Below, piece after piece: positions 38,912 through 47,664 of a DNA stretch of 64,000 nucleotides. Each line of letters opens with the position of its first letter. Within the stretch, counting starts at the first letter, position 1. The position numbers and the translations under genes were made by a program. The notes under the pieces are model-generated. The model was not told where the DNA came from and did no database searches. It saw only the letters and a list, made by a program, of their open reading frames with translations. This DNA comes from Pseudomonadota bacterium (lineage in GTDB: Bacteria > Pseudomonadota > Gammaproteobacteria > JAKAQQ01): positions 5,098 to 69,097 of the forward strand of contig JAJZIH010000010.1 in the NCBI GenBank assembly GCA_021810635.1, given 5' to 3'.

Positions 38912-39730
38912 TTAGCGGAAGCGGAAGTAGAGACCCACGAGCTCATTAAAACCCGCGGACTGATCGACGAGCGGGCTGTGACGGATGGCCGGTCCGTACC
39001 ATTCGTACTCGATGGCATCCACCAGAGTCCAATGGGAGCCGAGCTCGAGTCCACCCGCTATGCCCACGAGTTCGTTCACGGTCGATCCGGGAGCGTAGTA
39101 GGGGTTGCGCGCACTCGCTTCACTGCGGGGGATGCCGAAATAGTAGCTGATCAGGTTACCGCTCTCCCATTCGATGCCCGCTTTCGGAACGACGAAGAAG
39201 CGGATGGCGGGCAGCGCCGGCAAATGCCCGGTCAGGCGGGTAAACAGCGTGGCCCGGATCTTCTGCCCGTGGTTGCGGGCCAAAAGATCGGTGAGCACCG
39301 TGGTCCGGACCCCGAAATCCGGCTGACGATAGACGAGGTCCACCCCTCCCATGGCCGAGGCCAGCCGCGGGGACAATCCATAAAACTGGGGGCTCGCGTA
39401 GCCGTCATAGTGCAGGAATTCCGGTTCGGCCACGAGGTCGACCGCCCAGCCCCGTCCCGGGTGCCAGAGGTTCCATCCGATCGTGAGACCGTGCAGGTAG
39501 AATCCGTCCTTTGTGGTGACGTTGAAGAGCGGGACGAAACGGCTCCATTTCGGTGCCCCCTTGTAGGGCATCGAAAGACTCAGGAAACCGAGGCCGAGTG
39601 ACCAGCCCGATTCGTCGAGATTGAGGTTCGTGACCGGTGCGCTCGCCCATGCCGGAGACAGGCACCCGATGGAAAACAGGAGGATCAGGCAGGCCCATTC
39701 CGTGCGATGGAGTCGTGTCTTGCGCTTCAT
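38912..39730 (-). CDS. MipA/OmpV family outer membrane protein
   Basis: Signal peptide, PYKG..VPLF, SYYFGI, IRHSPLVD, aromatic C-terminus. Confidence 0.85.
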   Translation of the reverse strand: MKRKTRLHRTEWACLILLFSIGCLSPAWASAPVTNLNLDESGWSLGLGFLSLSMPYKGAPKWSRFVPLFNVTTKDGFYLHGLTIGWNLWHPGRGWAVDLVAEPEFLHYDGYASPQFYGLSPRLASAMGGVDLVYRQPDFGVRTTVLTDLLARNHGQKIRATLFTRLTGHLPALPAIRFFVVPKAGIEWESGNLISYYFGIPRSEASARNPYYAPGSTVNELVGIAGGLELGSHWTLVDAIEYEWYGPAIRHSPLVDQSAGFNELVGLYFRFR

Positions 39731-39739
39731 GGCACCTCC

Positions 39740-40687
39740 TCAAAAGCTCTCGTGGAGGCCGACCATAAAGCCTCCCGGCAGCAACCCGAGAACGAAAGGC
39801 TCTTTTTCCTCGTGTGCATAGATGCCCCACGCGGTGCCGATGGCCCAGCCGGCGATCACGTCCGTCTGCCAGTGGCCACGCGCCCGCATCCGGCCCAGGG
39901 CATCATACAAAGGCAGGACTTCAAGGCCCCAGACCCAGGGATTTTGACGATAGTATTCGGCGATGAAGGGGGTGACAAAGCTGGCCTGAAAGGCCACCTC
40001 TCCGCTCGGGAAACTTTGGCAGCAGTTGCCCTGGAAAAAGTCATGGGGGTTCGATGACTGAAAGGGCCGGGCCCGGCTGAAGGCGTATTTGAGGGCGGTT
40101 GTCGTGATGGCGGTGAACAGGGAGGAGTCGAGGGCCTGCCAGAAGGTGCGGCCCAGCCGGCTCCGCCCGCCCAGCCAGAGCGCACCCGCCCCCTCAATCG
40201 CCATCACTCCATGCTCGAGGTCAAGCTGGTAGGAGCGCTGCCAGATGCCTTGAGCATCGTTGGGCGGGTAGCGGTGATCCAGGAAGGAGCTGGCCGACAG
40301 GGCAAACAGTGGAGACAGCGCAATCGTCCATTCCACGAGATGGGTCGCGCTTTTTCTCGAATGGACCCAGAGGAAGGAGGGTTTCCGGGGAGGATCGGAT
40401 TTGCGGCCGGACCAGTTGGCTGCCTGCCCCCACGGTTGCCGCGGATAACTCGGGATCCCCGCATCGCGGGCCATCCCGAGCGAACTGACCAGCAGCGGTT
40501 TCCATTCCGGAAAATGCCCGCGCAGGGGAAACCAGAGTCGCGTGAGGGCCGCGCGCTCCGACCTCACGACCCCTCCGCCGGACTGGCCTGGCAGACGGGC
40601 ACCGAATCCCTGGCCCCGGGCCGTGATGATCCACAAGGGGGCGATCAGGAGCAGCACGGTCCACCCGGTCCAGGATCTAGGCTTCAT
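39740..40687 (-). CDS. PAP2 family phosphatase
   Basis: KYAFSRARP, SFPSGE, RMRARGHWQTDVIAG. Confidence 0.88.
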   Translation of the reverse strand: MKPRSWTGWTVLLLIAPLWIITARGQGFGARLPGQSGGGVVRSERAALTRLWFPLRGHFPEWKPLLVSSLGMARDAGIPSYPRQPWGQAANWSGRKSDPPRKPSFLWVHSRKSATHLVEWTIALSPLFALSASSFLDHRYPPNDAQGIWQRSYQLDLEHGVMAIEGAGALWLGGRSRLGRTFWQALDSSLFTAITTTALKYAFSRARPFQSSNPHDFFQGNCCQSFPSGEVAFQASFVTPFIAEYYRQNPWVWGLEVLPLYDALGRMRARGHWQTDVIAGWAIGTAWGIYAHEEKEPFVLGLLPGGFMVGLHESF

Positions 40688-40818
40688 GGTCGGTCCTCCA
40701 GTCAAGGTGCTCGTCCCTGAGCGCGCCGCAGGGTGAAGTAGGATCTGGCAGCCGTGATCGATATTATCAGTACTTTAAGGGTCCTGGATCCCGGGTCGAG
40801 GACCCTCCCACCGGTTTT

Positions 40819-41664
40819 TTACGGTTTTTTTACGGAAGACGCCCCCCCGTCCCCTGGGCCGGGCGGAGGGAGAGGGGACCGGTCTGGCCTCTCCATCACG
40901 AAGACCTTGCCGGTGTGGCCCCGGCTCGCAGGACCCAGGAGATAAAGATAGCCTCCGCTCACGTCTTCCGGCTGGGGCCAGGCGGAGGGCGGGAGTCCCG
41001 GGAAGAGCATGGCCGTAAACTCACTCGCAATCCAGCCCGGATCAACGGCGTTGAAACGCAGGTTGGGACGGAATTCCATTTCATCAGCCAGGATGCGCAT
41101 CAGGTTTTCGATCCCGGCGGCCATGACGCCATGCGCCGCGGCGTAGGCCCGTGGGAGCCGGGCCCATTCCGACGTCGTGAACACGACGGAGGCGTCGTCC
41201 GAGTCGACCAAAAGCGGCAGGCAGGCCCGGGTCAGCACAAACGGGGCCTGGAGGTTGATCTGCAGGACCTCGAGCCAGGCCTCAGGCGGATGGGTTTGTA
41301 GGGGGCCGTGATAACCCAGGATCCCGGCATTGTGGAGCAGGCCATCCAAGTGCCCGCACTGGGTTTCGAGCGCGAGTGCCAGATCCTCAAAATCCGCGAC
41401 CGTCGCCCCCCGGAAATCGATGGCCTGGAGGAGGGGAGGGCGAGCTCCCGCCCGCACGATCTCGTCATGCAGCACCGACAATTCCTGCGGATCGGGACCG
41501 AGAAGAACCAGCCACGCACCCTCTCGGGCCAGTGCCCGGGCGACGGCCGCCCCGATTCCGTGCCCAGCACCGGTGATGACGATCCTGCGGTCGCGGAAGT
41601 GTCCCGAAGGCGGCTTGTAGGCTGCCGCGAGCGGGAGGGTGTTCGGGTTTTCGGTCTTAGTCAC
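40819..41664 (-). CDS. YciK-like short-chain dehydrogenase (no YxxxK)
   Basis: TGAGHGIG, LDGLLHNAGILG, ILADE; GTG start overlapping the upstream stop. Confidence 0.85.
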   Translation of the reverse strand: MTKTENPNTLPLAAAYKPPSGHFRDRRIVITGAGHGIGAAVARALAREGAWLVLLGPDPQELSVLHDEIVRAGARPPLLQAIDFRGATVADFEDLALALETQCGHLDGLLHNAGILGYHGPLQTHPPEAWLEVLQINLQAPFVLTRACLPLLVDSDDASVVFTTSEWARLPRAYAAAHGVMAAGIENLMRILADEMEFRPNLRFNAVDPGWIASEFTAMLFPGLPPSAWPQPEDVSGGYLYLLGPASRGHTGKVFVMERPDRSPLPPPGPGDGGASSVKKP

Positions 41665-42406
41665 GCGCGGCTTTCCATGCGGTCCATAGTTTAGCAGCAA
41701 TCCCCGGCCGGGTCCGCCGGTGGCGGGTTGCCGGTCCCTGCAGGGCCAGATCCGCAACATCCAGATGGAGTCGGGTGAGCGCGAAAGTCACGCGGAGCGG
41801 CAAAGCCGACGGGGCGGAGCGGACCGCAGCCAATCCGGCCGCTCCGGTGGCCAGAGCGAGACGCGCCCGGCGGATGAGAGTCTCCGTGTCCGGCTGCGCG
41901 CCCGAAAGTCCCGAGGTCGCCATCCAGTCCGCGAGAGCCGTTGCCGTGAAAGTCTCGCCGGGAATTTCCGGACCGGAGCCCAAAAGGCTGGCCTCGAGGA
42001 AGAACCCGCGTGACTCCCCGAGAATCCGGAGGCCCGATTCCCTGAGGGAACCGGGGGGATTGAAAATGGCCCGGGTTGCGAAAAAGCCTTCGAGGGCCGT
42101 CTCCAATCGCGTCGGGGTCACGGTTTCGAGCAGATCCAGACCGGCCCAAAGCCGGGTGACGGGATGGGTCGGCGAACCCGCCGCCAGATGGCGGAGTTCG
42201 TCGGCCCACCAGGTGAAGCGCTGGGGCGCGATCTCCGGACTCCGCCCCGGGCGGGACAGGGTCTCCCATTCGGATTCCAGCGCGAAAATCGCGAGGAGGG
42301 GGTTCTTCCGGGCGGCTGGAGCCAGGTGCACGATCAGCGACGCGCGGCTGCCCCACGGTCGCACCCGCTCCCGGCAGTACATGAGGTCGTTTGGAAAGAC
42401 AGCCAA
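41657..42406 (-). CDS. Degenerate squalene/phytoene synthase-like protein
   Basis: YCRERV..GS, RFTWWADEL..PTHPVTR, KLWTAWK; DDxxD motifs absent. Confidence 0.7.
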   Translation of the reverse strand: MAVFPNDLMYCRERVRPWGSRASLIVHLAPAARKNPLLAIFALESEWETLSRPGRSPEIAPQRFTWWADELRHLAAGSPTHPVTRLWAGLDLLETVTPTRLETALEGFFATRAIFNPPGSLRESGLRILGESRGFFLEASLLGSGPEIPGETFTATALADWMATSGLSGAQPDTETLIRRARLALATGAAGLAAVRSAPSALPLRVTFALTRLHLDVADLALQGPATRHRRTRPGIAAKLWTAWKAARD

Positions 42407-42503
42407 CGCTCGATCCAGTCAGGGTCCGCCACCCAGTATAGGAGGCCCGGTCCCCCCGGGTTGCCCGGCATTGGTTACAATCCGGTCGCAGACCGGAATC
42501 CCC

Positions 42504-43628
42504 ATGATCCTTGCCTCGCTTTCAACCCTGATTTGGCTGCTCATGCTGTTGTGGCCGGCGCAGGCGTGGCGTATGAACGAGAGGTTGACCGCCGATCCGG
42601 GGAAAACGTCGGACGATGCCATGACGGTCCTGATTCCCGCGCGCAACGAGGCCGATACGCTGCCGACGACCCTGGATGCCCTCTCCCGGCAGAAACTTCC
42701 TCTGGCGATCCGGGTGCTCGATGATGGTTCGACGGATGGAACCTGCGCGGTGGCCGCCGCCGTGCCCGGCTTGAGCCTGGTTGTGGAGAGGGTTCCCGAA
42801 CCCCCTGCCGGATGGATGGGCAAGCTCTGGGCCCTCCAATGGGGTTTGCGCCGGGTCGAAACCGAATGGCTCCTCTTGCTGGATGCCGATATCGCCCTTG
42901 AGCCGGGCACGCTGCCGGTCCTCCTGAACAAGGCCCGTGCGGAAAATCTGGATTTTCTGTCGGTCATGGCCTCGCCCTACGGCCGGGGATTCTGGGACTG
43001 CTGGCTCATGCCGGTTTTCATCTATTTTTTCAAATGGGTCTACCCGTTCCGCCTGTCCAACTGTCCCCGCTCGGGAGTGGCCGCTGCCGCAGGGGGGTGC
43101 GTGCTCACCCGACGACAGGTCATCGAAGACATCGGGGGCTTCGACCCCTTCCGGGGTGCGGTCATCGACGACTGTACCCTGGCCCGTGCGGTCAAGAAAC
43201 GGGGGTTTCGGACCTGGATTGGGGTGAGCCGTGATGTGCGCATGCAACGGGCGCATCGTTTCTCGCAGATCTGGCAGATGGTGGTGCGTACGGCCTATGC
43301 CCAGCTGGCCTACTCCCCACTCCTCCTGGGTGCCTGCACCCTGGCCTTGGCCGTGGTTTTTCTGGCCCCCCCCGTCCTGTTCTTGATTGCTCCGCCGCCG
43401 GCCTCGCTGGTGGCCGGTGTGGCCTGGTTGCTCATGATGACGAGCGAGATCCCGATTGCACGCTTTTACGGCCAGTGGCGCTTCGCCGGATTTTTTCTGC
43501 CCGTTGCCGCCCTGCTGTTTCTCGCCATGACCTGGCACTCGGCATTCCGCTATGGGTTGGGGATCCGGACCCGGTGGAAAGGACGCAGCTATTCGCGGCG
43601 CGATTTTCCGGGAGGCCCCCCCCGTTAG
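42504..43628 (+). CDS. HpnB-like GT2 glycosyltransferase (hopanoid-associated)
   Basis: IPARNEA, DDGSTDGT, PAGWMGKLWA, LLDADI, AAAAGGCVL, IDDCTLAR, IWQMVVRTAYAQL, WKGRSY. Confidence 0.85.
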   Translation: MILASLSTLIWLLMLLWPAQAWRMNERLTADPGKTSDDAMTVLIPARNEADTLPTTLDALSRQKLPLAIRVLDDGSTDGTCAVAAAVPGLSLVVERVPEPPAGWMGKLWALQWGLRRVETEWLLLLDADIALEPGTLPVLLNKARAENLDFLSVMASPYGRGFWDCWLMPVFIYFFKWVYPFRLSNCPRSGVAAAAGGCVLTRRQVIEDIGGFDPFRGAVIDDCTLARAVKKRGFRTWIGVSRDVRMQRAHRFSQIWQMVVRTAYAQLAYSPLLLGACTLALAVVFLAPPVLFLIAPPPASLVAGVAWLLMMTSEIPIARFYGQWRFAGFFLPVAALLFLAMTWHSAFRYGLGIRTRWKGRSYSRRDFPGGPPR

Positions 43629-44296
43629 GAACCGGTCTGGCCCAGCCAGGCCGCGAGATCTGACGGAGACCGGAGCAGTCCATCCGCCTGCCAGCGCTCG
43701 GGGGGGTCGGCGGGAGACAGGTAGCCCCAGAGCGCAGCCAGCGAAACGACTCCGGCCGCTTGACCGGCCTGGATGTCTCGTCTTGCATCGCCCACGAAAC
43801 AGGCCCGGTGGGGTGATGCCCCCGCCTGTGCGAGCGCCCGGAGGACCGGGGCCGGATCGGGCTTCGGCGGACTGGCCGAATCCCCGGAGATGACGACTGC
43901 GGGCGGATGGGGGAGGGGAAGCGCCGCAAGGAGCGGGGTGGTCAGGAAGGCGGGCTTGTTGGTCACGATGCCCCAGGGCCGCCCTTCCTTCCGCCAGCTC
44001 TCGAGAAGCGCTGAAACTCCGGGCATGAGGACCGTTTCCTCGACGAGATGGGCCGCGTAGCAATCCAGGAACTCGCCTCTCAGTGCCGCAAGGAGGCGGG
44101 TGTCTGAGAGGCTTCCCCAGCTCAGTTCCAGCATGGAGCGGATCCCCTGTGAAGCCACTTCCCGAGTTTGGTCTAGGGAGGGGGGGGGCCGGCCATGGGC
44201 CCGGGAGACCCGGCCCAAGGCGGCATAGAGATCCTTGAGCGTATCCGCGAGTGTGCCGTCTAGATCCAAGAGGACCAAATCAGGGGCCCTGGACAA
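43625..44296 (-). CDS. HAD phosphatase (phosphoglycolate phosphatase / MupP-like)
   Basis: DLDGTLADT, IVTNKP, KPDPAP, VGDARRD; follows ubiG. Confidence 0.9.
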   Translation of the reverse strand: MSRAPDLVLLDLDGTLADTLKDLYAALGRVSRAHGRPPPSLDQTREVASQGIRSMLELSWGSLSDTRLLAALRGEFLDCYAAHLVEETVLMPGVSALLESWRKEGRPWGIVTNKPAFLTTPLLAALPLPHPPAVVISGDSASPPKPDPAPVLRALAQAGASPHRACFVGDARRDIQAGQAAGVVSLAALWGYLSPADPPERWQADGLLRSPSDLAAWLGQTGS

Positions 44297-44298
44297 GG

Positions 44299-45000
44299 TC
44301 AGGGGGACCTGAAGGCGAGCAGGTAGTTGACCGACAGGTTGCCTGACAGGATGGCTGTTTTGAGTCCGGGCAGATACCAGAGACCCCGCTGGTCGGTGAG
44401 CTCGAATCCGGCGTCACGCATCCATCCGACGATCTCTTCCGGTCGGATGAAACGCTCATAGCGGTGCAGGCCCTTCCGCGTCAGCCCCAACAGGTATTCG
44501 GCGACACCGATCGCGAGGACCCAACTGGCCAGCGTACGGTTGATCGTCGAACAGACCACCGCGCCGCCCGGCCGGACGAGACCGGCACAGTCGTTCACGA
44601 TCGCCGCGGGATCCGCCACGTGTTCCAGCACCTCCATACAGGTCACGAGGTCAAAGCCCCCCGGGTCGGATTGGCGCAGTCGAGCGGCATCGGCCAGCCG
44701 GTAGTCGATGGTGAGTCCGGAGGCCAAGGCATGCGCTTGAGCGGTTTCGAGGGCCGCCTCTGACGTGTCGATGCCGACCACCCGGGCGCCGGCCCGGGCG
44801 AGTCCTTCCGCAAGAAGCCCCCCCCCGCACCCGATATCGGCGACCTTGAGCGCACGCAGCGGAATCCGCCGGTCGATGAAGCGCAGCCGGAGCGGGTTGA
44901 TGTGGTGCAGGGTGGCGTAGGAACCGTCCGGGTCCCACCAGTCGGAGGCCCATCCGGAGTCCTCCGCAGGCGCCCCCGGGTCTTCGGCATCGGAAACCAT
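44299..45000 (-). CDS. ubiG: Ubiquinone biosynthesis O-methyltransferase
   Basis: WWDPDG..LHHINPLRL, DIGCGGG, CMEVLEHV, STINR. Confidence 0.95.
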   Translation of the reverse strand: MVSDAEDPGAPAEDSGWASDWWDPDGSYATLHHINPLRLRFIDRRIPLRALKVADIGCGGGLLAEGLARAGARVVGIDTSEAALETAQAHALASGLTIDYRLADAARLRQSDPGGFDLVTCMEVLEHVADPAAIVNDCAGLVRPGGAVVCSTINRTLASWVLAIGVAEYLLGLTRKGLHRYERFIRPEEIVGWMRDAGFELTDQRGLWYLPGLKTAILSGNLSVNYLLAFRSP

Positions 45001-45063
45001 CTCGAAATCTCGTTCGGGTTGGGTTCCATTATGCGCCGGACGGGAACCGGCGGCCATCCGGTC

Positions 45064-46413
45064 TCAGGCCGACCCCTCGGCCGTTTTGTCCTCCGCTCCG
45101 CTCCGCGACAGCCGTCCTTCCCAGCCGCGGGCCGCTCGGATGATGTCCGCCAGCCGGTCCGGCACGAGTCGGCCCCAGGCGACCTTCGGACGGCCAGCCA
45201 CCCAGACATGCGACACCTGGCTGCGGGTTGCGGCGTAGACGATCTGCACGATGGGATCATGGCAGGGAGTCGTGGCGGGTCCAGAAAGGTCAATCGCGAT
45301 GAAATCCGCACTTTTGCCGGTTTCGAGCGAACCGATTTCGGAATCCAGTCCGAGCACCCGGGCCCCTTCCAGGGTGGCCATCCGGATGAGGTCGCCTGCG
45401 GGAAGCGCCGTGGGATCGCCGCTGAATCCCTTGGCTACGAGTGCTGCCGTCTTCATCTCTCCCAAAAGATCCAGATCGTCGTTGCTGGCCGCTCCGTCGG
45501 TTCCCAAGGCGACCCGGATCCCCGCGCGTCGGAGCTCGGCGACCGGAGAGATCCCGCTGCCCAGCTTGAGGTTGGATTCCGGGCAATGGACGGCGGCGGC
45601 GCCGGTGGTGGCGAGACGCTCGATTTCTTGCGGGCTCACCGCCGTCAGATGGACCGCAATGAGACGCGCGTTGAGCAGACCCAACCGGTCCAGGTAGGCA
45701 ATCGGGGACATTCCCTGGGTCCGCATCGACTCGGCAACTTCCGTTTGCGTCTCGTGGAGATGCATGTGCACCGGAAGGTCGAGTTCGCTGGCCAGGGTGG
45801 AGAGAAGTTTCAGGGTGGCCTCGTCAACGGAGTACACGGCATGCGGAGCGAGGGCGAACCGGATCTGGGGATCGTGTGCGTAGCGGTCGCGCAACTCAAG
45901 CCCACGGCGCAGGTAGTCGACGGGAGTTTCGGCCCACCGCGTGGGGAAGCCGATCACGGGGAGCCCGGCCACCAGGCGGATGCCCATGTCCTGCGCGGTT
46001 TCGATGGTCGCATCGGGGAAAAAATACATGTCATTGAAGCAGGTGGTTCCGGACAGGAGCATTTCCGCAATGGCCAGGCGGGAGCCTTCCATCACGAAGT
46101 CCCGGTCCATCCACCGTTTTTCGAGCGGCCAGATGAACTGCCGGAGCCAGCGGTCCAAGGGTTGATCGGTCCCGATGCCGCGCAGGAGGGCCATCGCCGC
46201 GTGGGTATGCGCGTTGACCAAACCGGGCAGGAGGGCATGGGTGGGCAGGTGTTGCCGCTCCGCGTCCGGGTAACGCTGGATGGCGAGCGCTTCGGGCAAT
46301 AGGTCCTGAATCCGCCCGGCACGGACCACGAGGGCGTGGTTTTCGAACACGGCTCCCTCGGGGACAACGGGTATAATCCATCGTGCCGAAACGATCCGGT
46401 CTTTCGGGGCCAT
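45064..46413 (-). CDS. mtaD: TRZ/ATZ family amidohydrolase (MTA/SAH deaminase)
   Basis: PGLVNAHTH, DMYFF, APHAVY, HLHET, HCPESNLKL, GTDGAASN; divergent from mtnA. Confidence 0.88.
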   Translation of the reverse strand: MAPKDRIVSARWIIPVVPEGAVFENHALVVRAGRIQDLLPEALAIQRYPDAERQHLPTHALLPGLVNAHTHAAMALLRGIGTDQPLDRWLRQFIWPLEKRWMDRDFVMEGSRLAIAEMLLSGTTCFNDMYFFPDATIETAQDMGIRLVAGLPVIGFPTRWAETPVDYLRRGLELRDRYAHDPQIRFALAPHAVYSVDEATLKLLSTLASELDLPVHMHLHETQTEVAESMRTQGMSPIAYLDRLGLLNARLIAVHLTAVSPQEIERLATTGAAAVHCPESNLKLGSGISPVAELRRAGIRVALGTDGAASNDDLDLLGEMKTAALVAKGFSGDPTALPAGDLIRMATLEGARVLGLDSEIGSLETGKSADFIAIDLSGPATTPCHDPIVQIVYAATRSQVSHVWVAGRPKVAWGRLVPDRLADIIRAARGWEGRLSRSGAEDKTAEGSA

Positions 46414-46482
46414 GACTCCCCCTGGCTCGACAACGGAGACCATTATGACGGATTTGAATCCCTCCCCTGGGCCGGGGACCGC

Positions 46483-47664
46483 ATGAACCCGCCGGAAAAC
46501 GCCGGTCAGCGGCCGCCTCTCGTGCCTCTCGTCTGGGAGGAGGGGCGGGTGCGCATTCTCGACCAGCGTCTCCTCCCCGGACGGGAACAGTACGTGGAAG
46601 CCCGGGATGCCGGAGCCGTGGCCGATGCCATCATCCAGATGCGGCTCCGGGGCGCTCCGCTCATCGGGGTCGCCGCGGCGTATGGGGTCGCCCTCGAAGC
46701 GCGGCGGTTGCTTGACGGGCATCGTTCGGCCGAGTTCTACGACCGGATGAAGCAGACGATCTCCCATTTGTTGGGCTGTCGTCCCACCGCGGTCAACCTG
46801 ATGCGTGCGCTCGCGCCTCCCGCCCGGTGGCTCGAGGAGGGACGGGATCCGGGGGATTTTGCGGCCCGCTGCGAGGAATGGGCTCACGGTCTGGCCCGGA
46901 TGGAAGCGGAAGCCTGCGATGCCATGGGTCGGCTGGGCGCGGACTGCCTGAAGGCTGCGGGCCGGATCCTCACCCACTGCAATACGGGCCGCCTGGCCAC
47001 CGTCGGTACCGGGACCGCGCTCGCGGTGGTTCGCGAAGCCGTGCGCCGCGATCCGGCCTGCCGAGTGACCTGCACCGAGACCCGCCCCTGGCTCCAGGGG
47101 GCTCGGCTCACCGCCTACGAACTGTCCCGCGAGGGGATCCCCGTCGACCTGGTCACGGAATCGGCTGCCGGCGACCGCCTGCTTGATCATGCGATCGACT
47201 ACTTCATCGTGGGAGCCGATCGCATGAGTCCGGACGGACGGGTGGTGAACAAGGTGGGGACCCACATGCTGGCTCAGCTGGCCCGCACCGGAGGGGCCCG
47301 GACCATGGTGGTCGCGCCCACCACGACCATCGACTGGGAGTGGGACCCCGCTCACCCCGCCATCCTCGAACGCCGCAGCGGCGAGGAACTCTGGGCGGCC
47401 ACGGGGTGCCCGGAAATCCCGCCGGGAATCCAGGTCGACAACCCGGTTTTCGACCTCACTCCGCCCGACCTCATCGACTGGATCGTGACCGAGAAGGGGG
47501 TGATCGCACCCGCCGGCGGGGAGGGTTTTGACCCCCACCGCTTTGCCTCCGGCCTGGAAGGGGCCTGGAACCGGTCTCCGGTGGCCGGAGGGGGAAATCA
47601 GGTAAAATTTGCCCGAGCCGCTTCGAGCCCGCCCTCCAGGGACCTGCCTCCGCATGACCGATAA
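46483..47664 (+). CDS. mtnA: Methylthioribose-1-phosphate isomerase
   Basis: [57 protein letters not shown]. Confidence 0.95.
   Translation: MNPPENAGQRPPLVPLVWEEGRVRILDQRLLPGREQYVEARDAGAVADAIIQMRLRGAPLIGVAAAYGVALEARRLLDGHRSAEFYDRMKQTISHLLGCRPTAVNLMRALAPPARWLEEGRDPGDFAARCEEWAHGLARMEAEACDAMGRLGADCLKAAGRILTHCNTGRLATVGTGTALAVVREAVRRDPACRVTCTETRPWLQGARLTAYELSREGIPVDLVTESAAGDRLLDHAIDYFIVGADRMSPDGRVVNKVGTHMLAQLARTGGARTMVVAPTTTIDWEWDPAHPAILERRSGEELWAATGCPEIPPGIQVDNPVFDLTPPDLIDWIVTEKGVIAPAGGEGFDPHRFASGLEGAWNRSPVAGGGNQVKFARAASSPPSRDLPPHDR

Noticed and set aside
40755-40770. Partial Fur-box-like TGATAATATCGATCA upstream of PAP2
   Set aside because: Only one half-site matches; too weak
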